A DNA stretch of 64,000 nucleotides, taken from NCBI RefSeq assembly GCF_006345805.1, contig NC_042998.1, positions 99,324,001 to 99,388,000 on the forward strand, written 5' to 3'. Under the pieces are notes generated by a model. That model ran no database searches, was not told the origin of the DNA, and saw nothing but the letters and a program-made list of their open reading frames with translations. The translations under genes were made by a program, and so were the position numbers. The number at the start of each line of letters is the position of its first letter. Positions within the stretch are counted from its first letter, which is position 1. Positions 50,802 through 62,600 of this stretch are shown one piece after another. This DNA is from Octopus sinensis. Lineage: Eukaryota.

Positions 50802-52080
50802 TCACTGCCTGGAATCGAACTTGGAATCTTGAGGTTATTAGTCTGCACTCTTAACCACTACACCATATGCCCATGGGCTACTAACCCCAAGATTCTGAGT
50901 TCGATTCCAGGCAGTGACCTGAATAATAATAATAATAATAATAATAACAACAATATCGAAAAGTACCTTAGGAATGAGAATCCAGGTTTGAAATTTCCCC
51001 AAGACACCTGATGAAGGCTGGAGGGTATATCAGCTGAAACATGTTAACAACAAACAAGATGAGGACAAATATCTCTCAAATGTAAATAATGTAAATAGTC
51101 TGTTGAATGTTTAGGCATGATCAACTTTTCCATAGCTCTGGAAAACTGCATGATTTCTTGGTGATAAAATGATTGCTATCTCTAGCAGGTCAAGGGAATG
51201 ATAGACATTTCATTGTTGGCTCTTGTTACTGTTTATTTTGCTGTTGCTACTGCTGTGACTGTGATTAATGTAAAACTTTATTTATTTATCTGTTTATTTA
51301 TTTTTGCATAGGCACGATATCTATTATTCTTGAGAATGGGTAAATGGAAAGTTTTGATATTCTTGTTATCATTTTCAAGAACATCAAAGATATAAATAAA
51401 TAAATAAATATCTAACTAAAACTTGAAACCAAGATATAATGTAGTTGAAGACTGTTTTAGCTAAATTTTCTGCTGTCTTCTCTTAGTTATTTGATCTTTT
51501 ACAAGATTAATTTTGCTGATTATATGCTCTGGTTCTACATATAAATGGGAAAAGCTTGTAGAATTTTACATAATTATACATATGTTAATTTGAATGGGTA
51601 AACCAATAAAAATATTCAATGTAGAACACAAACATGGAAGATGATGTTTATAGCTTAGAAATGCTTTACTCTAGGTGACTTAGAAATGTAATTACGTTAA
51701 TCCTGAGTTACATCACATCTGGAATATCTTGTAGCCCTCTATAGTTCATCTGTGTGTGATCTCTCACCACTTCAGTAATTATTTTATACTCATAAACACA
51801 TACGCACATAGATTTATCTGTGTTGATATAACTTACTTATTATTAGTTAGCACAAAGTAGAAACTTACCATTGCATAACATGCAATGTTAGACAAAAGTG
51901 TGCATCTCAGAAATCAAGGAGTCTCTCTAGGTTAAGTCACTATATTGAGAGGTTACAGCTCTGGTACTACAGGCATGTGGTTAGAATGCCGCACTCTTAA
52001 CCACTATATGCCCATCGGCTACTAACCCCAAGATTCTGAGTTCGATTCCAGGCAGTGACCTGAATAATAATAATAATAAT

Positions 52081-52127
<47 letters not shown>

Positions 52128-55100
52128 CCTTAGGAATGAGAACCCAGGTTCGAAATTTCCCTAAGACATAGGTTCTTCAAGCCAAGCCAACTAGCAGTTG
52201 ACATACGAGTTGGCTACATCAAGATAGTTGGATAATATCCATAGTCTCAGCTGGTCATACTTAGAAATCCAGAAGGTAAGCGGGATCTTTACCCTTTGAA
52301 TGGCAGATTGAGAAATTAATTTTTTGTAACTAAAATATAAACTTTTCTCAACAACACAATGAGTAAAAGATGTTTTATATGACACATTCTACCAGTGTCT
52401 GAAGTTTGAAAGTGTTTATCTACAAAAAATTAATTTCTTGATCTGCTGTTCAAAGGGAAAAGATCCAGTAAGTGTAATGATGGCTGCTTCTGATATGGAG
52501 GTGGTGCCTGGAGACTCTATCCCCATGACCTTCCCAGAAATAACAAGTAACAAAAATGGATAATATGCATAATTTAGCTGTAAAAGACCTGCCCTCAAAA
52601 GCTACATTGGAAAATTATATCATAAAATATATATTATATTAGTCATAAAATTATATTCAGTGCATCTTATATATTGACAATTTTTTTCTTCTTGCACATA
52701 ATATACCTACAGTTTTACTGAACAGTAAATCTGTATCATTTGTTTAATTAAGAAGGAACATAGTATTGAGTCAAAGTAATTGATTCACTCATTTGTTTTA
52801 GTTCAGTTTGGATCTATCCTGGAATAGTTGTGATAGCATAACTCAAGCCCAGAGGAGTACATGAACTCAGTATGGCAAGATACCTTGAATATTCACCAGT
52901 TTTATGGGGCTTTGATTACTATTGTTGCTTAAATCTTATGGTATCTACATTCAGCTAGGAAGACTGGATCACTGAAAGTTAAGTGTATTGAATGAGGACA
53001 CAGAATTGTATGGTTCATGAGATACAAACTACTGTTCTTTTACTGGTTGTTTTGAGAGTATTCTGACTCAACTATTCATGACTCATAACAGCTTGACTCA
53101 TAACCTTAGACATAGGCAACTGTTTTTAGTGTTTTCATTTCTGTAGAATGAGCCAGTGGTGGAGCCTCTATGTCATTGGTAAAGAATGTCCTCTCCTTCA
53201 GGTGAAATTTCACTTGTATTCAAATTTGAAATTACCTATTGATGAAAAATTTCAGAAAGCCAGTGTGAAAACAGAAAAGTAGTTTGAGCCTAAGGACCCA
53301 AACATTAATACCTATGAATTGTAAGATATATAATTCATAATTATTTCATCAATTAAAGATTCATTGTACTCAATAATGATAGACATATCTACAAAATTTT
53401 TTACAATTAAATTCACCCCTGGTACTAAGAAGGTTCCCTGCCTTTGCTCAACCTACTAGAAATTGCAACAAAATCTCCCTAGACTCCTGCTCTACTTTCT
53501 TTCGAAAAATTTCAGGCTGTTGCTCTACATCCTATATGAATCACTACTACATATCATAGTAAACAGTACATTCCTCAGCTAGCTAGGGACATGTTACATC
53601 TTAAACAAATGACCTACCTGTAGTGCTTAATAGAAAATAATATGCAAATACTTCACAGATAATTCTAAAGTTAGGAATACAGAGAATTAAATACTTGTGA
53701 TTATACACTTTTGTTTTAATCTATCTTCTTTCAGACTAAAAGCCTGCTGGGCCTGTTTGAAAAAGATGCCATGTCCCTCAAGAAATATTCCAACAATTTG
53801 CACAATTGCTGTCAAAGAATTCTTTCTGCTCAAGTAAGTTTTTGAGTCTTTTATAAGATCTTGTCAGAAATATGTTTTTAATTGTTTTAAATTCATTTGT
53901 TTATGTAACAAATGTGAAGTTCTCCTTTGCTCCAGACATCTAAGTGAACTAAATTGTAAAAAAAAATTATGTGTACATGCTCAAATACACATAGAATCAC
54001 ATGCAGTGAATTTGAACTCAAGACATTTGGCCTGTTAGTCCTATTTATATCAGCTTGACAACCTTGCTTTAACTGTTCATCTCACCATACCCCTACCACA
54101 AATATGCTTTACACTACTATGCTCTTTACAGATTTGGAGTGGTGCTCATATGTATAGAAAATGCCTTCTACATTGACATCTGGAATCCTGTCTTTGTTAT
54201 TGTTACTACAATTCTGTTCCACCTCTACCCATTGCACTTATCTCTCCCCTTCTTGTCACTTCAGATCTTGAACTAAATGCTGCACAAACATACTTTTCCA
54301 AAATTCATAAACTCCCTGTTTCCTCCTCTATCCCAATTCTAAATTGTATGAATTTCAAATTAAACAGCAACCTCCTGAATTTACCGCTATTGCTTATTCT
54401 GTGAGGGATTGAAAAGGCTTTACACTGCCCTCCTTAGGCTCATTGCATCTAATTAAGAAGACTCTCTAGAAGTGATAGAATGGGTTTTGCAAAAGCAAAA
54501 TATGTGAACATGCTTTGCATATTTTTGCAGCATATTGTAACTTTTATAACTAGATGTCTTTCTTATTACTAGGATGGTCATATTACTGGAGCTTCTGTGT
54601 ACTAGCTTAATATGACATTCAAATATACTTTAACAAACTCTCTTCAAATGAGAGGATTTATGTCTGAATCTTAAATTGTGATGTTGGAGTCTAAGGGGCA
54701 TGTCAGATATCTTATATTTGTATATCTAGTATTTTGAGCTGGTGAGTTAGTACATTGTTTTATTGTTTTCCTCTATATCAATAATAACAACAATAACAAA
54801 GATAAGATGGATCTGTTGTTAGATAAGTAGTTGGGCAAATGGAATTATCTGACTTACCCTGGAGAGTTATAACATACATATGTAATTGATTGTCAAACAT
54901 CTCTGAGCTAAAGTGCCTCAGTTCTGTTTTGATTTTACATTTCTGTCCTGAGGTATTTTTCAATAATAAATTTCTAAAATCTCAATTGACATCATATTTT
55001 GTGTTGTTATTTTTACTACATTTCTACCAGATTATTCTGCTTACAACATAATGTAAATAACAGTACACAAATAACTATTTAAACTTTTATCAGATCATAA

Positions 55101-58100
55101 TAAGTAGTGAGGTCAAAAGGATCAACTAAAACTTTTGAATGTGGTCCTCCAGCTGGGCTGCAGTTAATGACTGAAGCCAGCAAAAGATTATTAGTTTTAT
55201 AATAATACTTTCTTCATGTTTTTATCATTTCAGAATGAATTGTGTGCAGCAACACAGTGCTTATCACAGCAGTTGCGTATGTATGAACTTCAGGTAAGGA
55301 GCGATATTAAAGTTTTATGCAAGTCAAACATAAATTTAACTATTCTGTATATATTTAATGTATGCACATAAATATATATATATATATATGTATATATTGA
55401 CAAGTGACCGAGACCTTTGGAGATATGCTGTGCTTGAGAAGACCCGGCAAGCCAAGTGAGACTGTAACCATGGCCTATGCCAGTGCTGTATAACTAGCCC
55501 ATTTAAGAGTACCCTTCAATCATTGGACAATAAACTACACTTGCAAAGACCTGTTGAGGCAAGTGAAATCATTTTCATGGCTGATGACAGTACCGGCTGA
55601 CTGGCACTGTGCCAGTGGAAAGTTAAAAGCACCATTTGAGTGTGATTGTTGCCAGCATCGCTTGACTGGCTCGTGCCGGTGTCACATAAAAAACACCATT
55701 TGAGCGTGGTCATTGCCAGTGTTGCTGGACTGGCTCCTGTGATGGTGGCACGTAAAAAGCACCATTTGAGCAATGCCAGTACTGCCTGACTGGCCCTCAT
55801 GCCGGTGGCACATAAAAGCACCCACTACACTCTCAGAGTGGTTGGCATTAAGAAGGGCATCCAGCTGTAGAAAATTTTGCCAGATCAGATTGGAGACTGG
55901 TGTAGCCTTCTAGCTCACCAGCCCTCAGTTAAACTGTCCAACCCATGCCAGCATGGCAAACGGACGTTAAATGATGACAACAATGATATATATATATATA
56001 TATATATGCAAGCTTTAAGGAATTCTTATGACAGTAATCATATTACAACTTATAATCAAAATTTATTACTAATTGTTATTATGATTAACCTAAACCTGTT
56101 GGAATTAAAATTGTTGGAAATTACAATCATTAAAATTATAATATAATGAATTCTGATAAACTTGAACATGTTATACAACTGCAAAAACATTGTAATATTT
56201 GCTTTGTTTACCATAATATTTCAGAAATTCCCCTTGGAGACTGAAGATAGTATTTTAATATCAACCCTAAACCAGTTTGCTACTTACTTAGATGATGTGA
56301 GTATTATCTCTCTTAATTCTTCAGTATAATTCATTATTAAAAGAAACTGGAGAAACTTTTGTTTCTTTCAAGGATATATGTTCAGGAGATGCTAAATAGA
56401 CACAAGAATAAGACAAAAGTCATGGCATTGGAATCTAGTAAATCTCTGTATTTTCAATATTGATTTCATAATTATTTATTTCCCATGTTGTAGTCAAATT
56501 TGTTTTATTTTATGATACTGTTCTTTCAGCTTTTAGGTGCTTCCAAATTTCACTTGTGGAATGGTTTCCAGTTTTTCTGGAGTACATGCTGATTCTGTGT
56601 ATATTTGGTCAATCATCAGTAGTCCTTATAGCAAGAATAAGAATCAAATTTGAAAAAACATAAGTGTTGGGGTCAATTTGTTTGACTAAAACCTGTCAAG
56701 GCGTGGCCAGAGTCCAATGACTGAAGCAAGTTGGAGATAAAAGTTAAAAGATACTATATACTGTATAGTATATAGTTTCTTTATATAGTACTGTATATAT
56801 AAATCTACATGTACTATATTCATTTCACATTCACAGTGACATCTAGTTATCTTACTCATCATGCACTCTGAATTTGTGATCACTAGTTCACTAGAAGAAT
56901 CCCTGTTGTAGTGTCATACAACATCTTAGCCGATAACCTGGCTAATCCCAACATCTTTCAATGATTATTGTTGTGATATATTTCATGTAATAATCTCTAT
57001 GATAGTATCTTTGCAATTAGGATGTCCTTCTGATATTTTTTTACTTTGTGAAATTCTCAGAATATTTAGTTATAAGATTCATTGACTCACTCTCACAGCT
57101 GTGTAACAATGGATCAGAAATCACGTTGTATATGAACTTATTTACTTTTAATTCAATAAAAATAAAGCACCTTTATTAAAGTTAGCTAAGTTTCTGCATT
57201 CTCTCTTTCTATAGATAATCTTTTACTGTTAGATTACAATATTTTCATATATACATTTGTATCATTTCTCTAGATGTTACATAAAAGCCTATGAGTTCAT
57301 ACTCAAATTTAATAAAAATGTAGTATTGGGAATATAAGTATACTACTACTTTCCCTTCCTTACACCTACTCCTCATCTTTGTCCATTATCATCACCAACA
57401 CCATAATGACAACATCAAAATTACAGAAATAGGAGAAACCATGTATCTGTTTCTTTTCCTTTTTTTATAAATAAAAGTTTTTATTTAGCAATATATTTTT
57501 ACAGGAGGAAAAGAAAAAAACATTAAAAGTATAAAAGACTGAACTATTGAGAAACAAAACCTCCAGAACTACTTCTCCAAGGAAACAAAAAAAAAGGAAA
57601 GTGGGAATTAAGAAGCAAAAGATGGGTGGGGAGAGAGAGTATCAGGTTGTATGTCCCAGACCAAATGGCATGTTCAGCCTTGTGGACATAATTGTGAAAG
57701 CATTGCTGCAGAGAATGGCCAGTGACACTTGTTGCAACAGCCACCCCTCTTCAGAGTACTCATTACTCAGATGGGTTGCAGAGGAAATCAGCAGTACAGA
57801 ATCCAAGAACTTGAGGTCTCAATGGTAACAGACACTAATTTAATTACTGATTTGTTCTTGCCCAGCTTCAATTAGACAATTCTCTTCTTTCTTTCAGATT
57901 AGTTCTGTTCAGCAAGTTCTCGCTGCTCAATTTTCTGAGACAATGATGTATCCATTATCAAAATTTCTTCAAGCAGACTTAGAAGGTATAGATGTTTATT
58001 TCTTTTATATTAATCTTCCATGAGGTGTGTTCTGTAAGAGGTTGTTTTATATTAATTACTAATCAATGTACCTTTTTTCTTTTGTGTTTTCCTCAGAAAT

Positions 58101-61100
58101 TAGCACCATGTATGAAATGTACAGAATTTCCTCTGACGGTAAGAATATAATTTTCTGAAATGATCTTTTTACTTCATATATTCAATTCAAACTCATATAT
58201 AACATAGATTTGTGATTCTTCTAATGTTATTTTTTAAAACTTTATTCAGAGCATGAACAAGCAATGGCAAAATATATGAAACTTTCAAAAAAGAAAGATA
58301 ATGACCGTCTAAGACGGGATGCTAATGAGGAGCTTTATACTTCAAGGAAAAAATTCCACCAGGTAAGACATATTAGAGTCTTAGAATTTAAACTGTTCTT
58401 ATGTTATTATTGAAGGCAGGGATTTGACTGAAAGCATGGAATACCAAACCAAATGTCTTTGCGTTATAAAGTTACATTTCTTTACAAAAATCATTGTGTT
58501 TGATTTTGCTTTTGCACTTTCTGCAATCAATAAAATCATCATCAGTATTACATATATTATATATTAGGGATTATTTAATTGGTAATACCACATGCTTCCT
58601 TAGAGTTTTATTGCTTTACATCATTGTAAGAAATCATTATTATTGTTACTGTTACAATAGTAGTGGAGAAGACTGACATGGTTGGGTTGTAAAGAGCATC
58701 AGACAAAATGCATTGCAGCATTAGTTCTGGCTCTTTATGTTATGATTCCAAATTCTGTGAGATCAACTTTGCTTTTTATTTTACCAAAGTCATTAAAATG
58801 ACATACTTGTCAAGAGCAGTGAATCAACAGAATTGTCAGATATTGGATAAGGATATGCAAATATATTGTAAACTCTTTCTGGGCAGTAGAATGGCAGAAA
58901 TGGTAGAGTAAATGCCTAACAGTTTTTGTAGTATGAAAAGTCTACATTTATAGTTGTTTATCATGAGGAAAATAGATCAATCTGTAAGCTTAAAATCTTA
59001 TAAAGTTGTTGGTGCCTGTACATATGTGTATATGCACATGCATAAATACAAACATTCATATAGTACCAATCTGCCTGAGATCACTTCTATCTAAAAATGT
59101 CAAAAACAACCCCTAAATACACACTTTGATGTGTTTGTATTTAGACTAATGCCTTCCATCATAATTTTAAAAAACCTTTTGTTGTGTTCCAAACACTTGT
59201 AAATTTTATATTATTTTAAAAAGATTAATTGAAATATGTAGATGGTGTATTTAATTATAAATATGATCACATAGAGAAATAAAGTTATGCAAGTTTGAAA
59301 AAAGTATTGGAAATGAAAGCACTTTATCTTTTTGTAGATTCTAGCTCTTACCTAGCTTTTTTCTTTTTTCTCTTGACAGACAGCTCTCCATTATTATGCT
59401 TCACTCAATGCTCTCCAGTATAAGCGGAAATGCTTCCTGCTAGAACCTATCTTGGGCTATATACATGCTCAACGGACTTTCTTTCAAATGGGCTATGATG
59501 CTATTGTTAAACGGGAAATTGAAGAATTTCTAAACAACATTACAGCCAGTGTTCAAGGGTAAGTTTCAGAAAGAACCAAATTCTCTTGTCTTGTGTTAGG
59601 TTGACCGTTTTTGCGCAGTAGTTAGTCATATATTCTTTGTTGACTGTTCACAGCGTTAGGTAGATTGTGTTAGAATGATGATCACACTAAAATTTGATTG
59701 AGTTGATAAATTTATGGGATAACAAACATAATGGTTAAGAATTTTATGTAATACAACTCAGTAATAATATTATGAAAGTAGCATAAGGAATTTAAATCAC
59801 TGTATACAATTAATGTGTATTACTCAGACACTACAAGCTAAGGTTGGTACCTTTTGTTGAGTATGACATAAGCCTGTTACACAAGAAAAGTAAAACATGG
59901 GGAGAGAGAGAGAGATAGACCAACTTGTTAAAACAAGTTACATAGATTCCCCTGTCTGGTTTGAGATTAAATTTTCCAGCTTTTATGACTGTAAGCCATC
60001 CTTCTAGAATCTTTGGCTAAACTATCTGGTGGAAAAATGACATACTTCCTTTGAAGTTTGCTGCATCAAACATAAGTTAGCCAATGCTGATTGGTCTAGC
60101 CATATTTACATAGGAGTTACTAACTTTTATGGTGACACTTTTCCTTTTGTGGAGATAAGTTAGGTTGTAGTTTTGGACTTGGAAAATTTGGTTCTAAACT
60201 CAGCATGGGCTTTACTACACTCTGAAAATTAGAGCTCAAATACTGCTAGATTTGATTTTTACTCATACATGTACTGGGACTGTTCCAATTTATTTTATTC
60301 CTTCCCTCATTTTCAGAATTCAAAATAAAAAAGTAGAAGTTTTCAACAAAAGTCATATTTTATAATTGCAAATGTAAACACAAAATTTAATAATTATGGG
60401 AAAGAATCTAGCCAACTAAGCCTCTAAGTCAGTGCTTGACCTGCTAGAAACAACAATCAAAGTTTTTTCAAATTACAGCTTATAGACGTGAAAAGATAGA
60501 GATACAGTCTATCCATGTTCATCTTGTCTCAAGAGAAGGTTGAGTTGGACATGGTAGATGTGTTTAGTCACAGCTGACTTGAAGCTAAACAGCGACAATA
60601 GATAAAGGAGCTAAAAAAAAATAAAATGAAAAAGAAGTTGACATAATAATTCATTACATTCATCATTTAATGAAGATGTTAACATGTATTTTTGCAATAA
60701 TTACTTGTAAAAGTTTGTTGTTCTTTTCTGGTGTAAAAGACATTAATATTATACTAATTGAAAACTCTCTGTGACATGAAATCAAATTTCATGTTTTTTA
60801 AGGTGGTGTGAATATAGATATATATATAGTACTTCACTCACCTTAATTTAAGGGATCATGTTTTGTGAGTTCTTTGATAACCTCACTAGTGCCACATAAA
60901 ATGCACCCAATACACTCTGAAATGGTTGGTGTTAGGAAAGGTGTCCAGCCATAGAAACCATGCCAAAGCAGACACTGGAGCTTGGAGCAGTCCTCTGGCT
61001 TTTCAGCTCCTGTCAGATCATCCATCCTATACCAGCATGGAAAATGGACATTAAATGATGCCAATGCCGCGGTGACAAAGAAGGGGGAGGAAGAAGGAGG

Positions 61101-61839
61101 AGGAGAAGAAGAATGTATTGATGGATAGAATTTTAAGTTATAACTTACTAAGACATTAATCAAAATCTGTTGAAGTTTGATTTGTTTTTCATTCTACAAA
61201 AGTCAATAAAATATGGAACTAATTGCTGTTCAACCCCAGACCAGCCATGACTGAACAACTTTAAAGTTACCCTTGGCTATTAAATCTTTTACTCAGACAT
61301 AGTATATCTTGGATCACATTATCAAATGTGTGAGTTTTTTTTAAAAAACTAAAAAAATGACTGTAGGGTGTGGTTTAAAGTAGATTTGTATACTTTTTTT
61401 TAACTGGTCAGATGACCTACTAGGAAAAGCTTCCCCATTGGCTCATATATTCACTAACAATGTACTAATAATATATTAATTTACATATAACGTACAGATA
61501 ATATATATTTCATGAATACAGTATATTCTCTTCACATGGCATAAAAAAACATTGTGCTTAATCAAAGAAATCAATATATTTGTTTAATCATGTGATATCT
61601 AAGCTAATTTTTTTCAGTTTTTGCCTCTAAATAAATTAATGTATTTCTATTTATTTATTTATTATTATTTTCAGTGTTCAACAAGAATTAGGTCAAGATA
61701 CCCAGAAAACAATTGAACTCATTGACACTCTAGAAAAACAAAGTCATCATTTATATCAGCCGGAACCAATGGTAGAAATGCCATATATACCACCGAATGT
61801 CAACTTAGTCAGTAAAGCTGGTTATTTATTCATGAGAAG
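35593..61839 (+). CDS. APPL1: APPL1/2-type adaptor (DCC-interacting protein 13, BAR-PH-PTB); 5' nine coding exons, gene continues beyond window
   Basis: Nine GT-AG exons (54,99,60,72,88,42,113,179,165 nt) splice in frame. They give an N-terminal BAR domain and the start of the PH domain (KAGYLFMR), colinear with APPL1/APPL2. Probably the single invertebrate ortholog of both (inference). Confidence 0.95.
39232..39500 (-). mobile_element. SINE (same family as A-D) embedded in (AAT)n
   Basis: Reverse complement of the SINE consensus, with (AAT)n on both sides. Confidence 0.8.
40884..41019. repeat. inverted repeat (about 51-bp arms, 34-nt spacer)
   Basis: Perfect core TTACATGTCTATCTAACAT (40916-40934) / ATGTTAGATAGACATGTAA (40969-40987), extending with mismatches; partial direct copy at about 40603-40710. 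Confidence 0.8.
41500..41950 (+). mobile_element. full-length tRNA-derived SINE with internal (TA)n/(TG)n tract
   Basis: Head TGGCTGTGTGGTAAG...GGTTCAGTCCC; central microsatellite; 3' end CTCCAGCATGGCCACAGTCAAATGAGTGAAACAAGTAAAAGAG. Confidence 0.85.
41960..42600. mobile_element. two oppositely oriented RTE 3'UTR copies
   Basis: Minus copy about 41960-42150; plus copy about 42215-42600 with tandem units and (GAT)n tail. Confidence 0.8.
45890..45990. repeat. (CA)n microsatellite
   Basis: About 100 bp of CA repeats. Confidence 0.98.
46130..48800 (-). mobile_element. old, near-full-length RTE LINE (endonuclease to RT), decayed
   Basis: RVATMN.., LLAEKWVNKVIKVIRECNRIMKLR (APE) at 48300-48700; KVNLAKTKVL and CIKCKLWTHKRC..FVCGKC at 46400-46650; many stops and frameshifts. 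Confidence 0.85.
50653..50698 (-). ncRNA. minimal hammerhead ribozyme motif (better-preserved copy)
   Basis: GATAC-CTGATGA-A-GGCTG(gagggtatac)CAGTC-GAAAC-ATT-GTGTT; stem I GATAC:GTGTT; one stem III mismatch. Confidence 0.6.
51003..51048 (+). ncRNA. hammerhead motif, damaged copy
   Basis: GACAC-CTGATGA-AGGCTG..CAGCT-GAAAC-ATGTT; 3-nt deletion relative to the other arm removes stem I pairing. Confidence 0.45.
51978..52170. mobile_element. third, truncated copy of the tRNA-head/PLE element
   Basis: Same inverted junction (CACTCTTAACCACTA..TGCCCAT.GGCTACTAACCCC), B box, (AAT)n(AAC)n; stops at CCCTAAGACA, just before CTGATGA. Confidence 0.85.
52283..52466. repeat. inverted repeat / probable MITE (46-bp arms)
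   Basis: 52283-52328 pairs with 52421-52466 (GGATCTTTACCCTTTGAA...AATTAATTTTTTGTA). Confidence 0.75.
53735..53833 (+). CDS. APPL1: APPL exon 2
   Basis: cttctttcag acceptor; TKSLLGLFEKDAMSLKKYSNNLHNCCQRILSAQ; donor GTAAGT. Confidence 0.95.
55234..55293 (+). CDS. APPL1: APPL exon 3
   Basis: NELCAATQCLSQQLRMYELQ; tttcag/GTAAGG. Confidence 0.95.
55399..55986 (+). mobile_element. 5'-truncated RTE 3' end
   Basis: Begins at the ORF end (DRDLWRYAVLEKTR), five TAAAAAGCACC-type units, (GAT/GAC)n tail. Confidence 0.85.
56225..56296 (+). CDS. APPL1: APPL exon 4
   Basis: KFPLETEDSILISTLNQFATYLDD; tttcag/GTGAGT. Confidence 0.94.
57898..57985 (+). CDS. APPL1: APPL exon 5
   Basis: ISSVQQVLAAQFSETMMYPLSKFLQADLE; ctttcag/GTATAG, phase 1. 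Confidence 0.94.
58097..58138 (+). CDS. APPL1: APPL exon 6
   Basis: (E)ISTMYEMYRISSD; cctcag/GTAAGA. Confidence 0.92.
58250..58362 (+). CDS. APPL1: APPL exon 7
   Basis: (E)HEQAMAKYMKLSKKKDNDRLRRDANEELYTSRKKFHQ; attcag/GTAAGA. Confidence 0.95.
59380..59558 (+). CDS. APPL1: APPL exon 8
   Basis: TALHYYASLNALQYKRKCFLLEPILGYIHAQRTFFQMGYDAIVKREIEEFLNNITASVQ(G); gacag/GTAAGT. Confidence 0.96.
61675..61839 (+). CDS. APPL1: APPL exon 9 (end of BAR, start of PH)
   Basis: VQQELGQDTQKTIELIDTLEKQSHHLYQPEP...NVNLVSKAGYLFMR; ttttcag/GTAATG. Confidence 0.95.
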
Positions 61840-62009
61840 GTAATGATATATTGATTTACAACACTCCTCATAAATCCACACTGTCTTTGTGGTCTTCTTT
61901 ATTTGAGCAGAATAGATTTCAAATAATTGGATTTCAAATTAAGGAGCTTGTCCTAAAGATCTCAGTTTTCTTATTGTTTGCTATGATACCACACTTTATA
62001 TAATTTTTC

Positions 62010-62600
62010 GACAAGGTGGTGGAGCATGAAAACATGGGATGAGGTGGCGAAGCATGATCTTTGAACTTTAGGCCTCACAGAGGCAACGACTAGTGACCAA
62101 GACCTTTGTCAATATGCTGTGCTTGAGAAGACCCGTGAAGCCAAGTGAAATTGTAGTTGTAGCTGATGCTGGTGTCACGTAACTGGTACCTGTGTCAGTG
62201 GCATGTAAAAACCAGCTTTCAAATGTTGGGCCTCATGGAGGCAAAGTGGCTGATGCCGGTGGCATGTGGAAAGCTCCTTTCATGTGTTGGGCCTCACAGA
62301 GGCAATGACGAATGACCGAGACCTTTGGCATTATGTCATGCTTGAGAAAGCCCATCAAGCCAAGTAAAATCACAGTCGTGGCAGATACTGGTGTCACACA
62401 AATGGCACCTATGCTGGTGGCACATAAAAGCATCCATTACACTCTCGGAGTGGTTGGCATTAGGAAGGGCATCCAGCTGTAGAAACCATGCCAAATCAGA
62501 CTGGAGTCTAGTGCAACCTTCCAGCTTGCCAGCCCTGGTCAAACTGTCCAACCCATGCCAGCATGGACAAAAGATGTTAAATGATGTTGATGATGATGAT
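62010..62600 (+). mobile_element. 5'-truncated RTE 3' end with internal duplication of the ORF terminus
   Basis: GGCCTCACAGAGGCAA..GACCTTTG..CTTGAGAA occurs twice (about 62070 and 62290); (GAT)n tail. Confidence 0.8.

Larger units (their letters stand above)
50585..51095. mobile_element. head-to-head palindromic element: tRNA-like head + (AAT)n + hammerhead-bearing PLE-type tail; 14-bp TSD
   Basis: TAGTCTGTTGAATG at 50571-50584 and 51096-51109; inverted arms of more than 200 bp; A box 50855-50865(-); B boxes 50811-50820(-) and 50899-50908(+). Confidence 0.85.

Noticed and set aside
50790-50880. Possible tRNA gene
   Set aside because: A and B boxes are present but no proper acceptor stem, and it is embedded in a repeated element; treated as a tRNA-derived head
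57547-57828. 93-aa ORF inside APPL intron 4 as an alternative exon
   Set aside because: Exons 4 and 5 join in frame with the expected protein; no similarity to APPL; probably a decayed repeat
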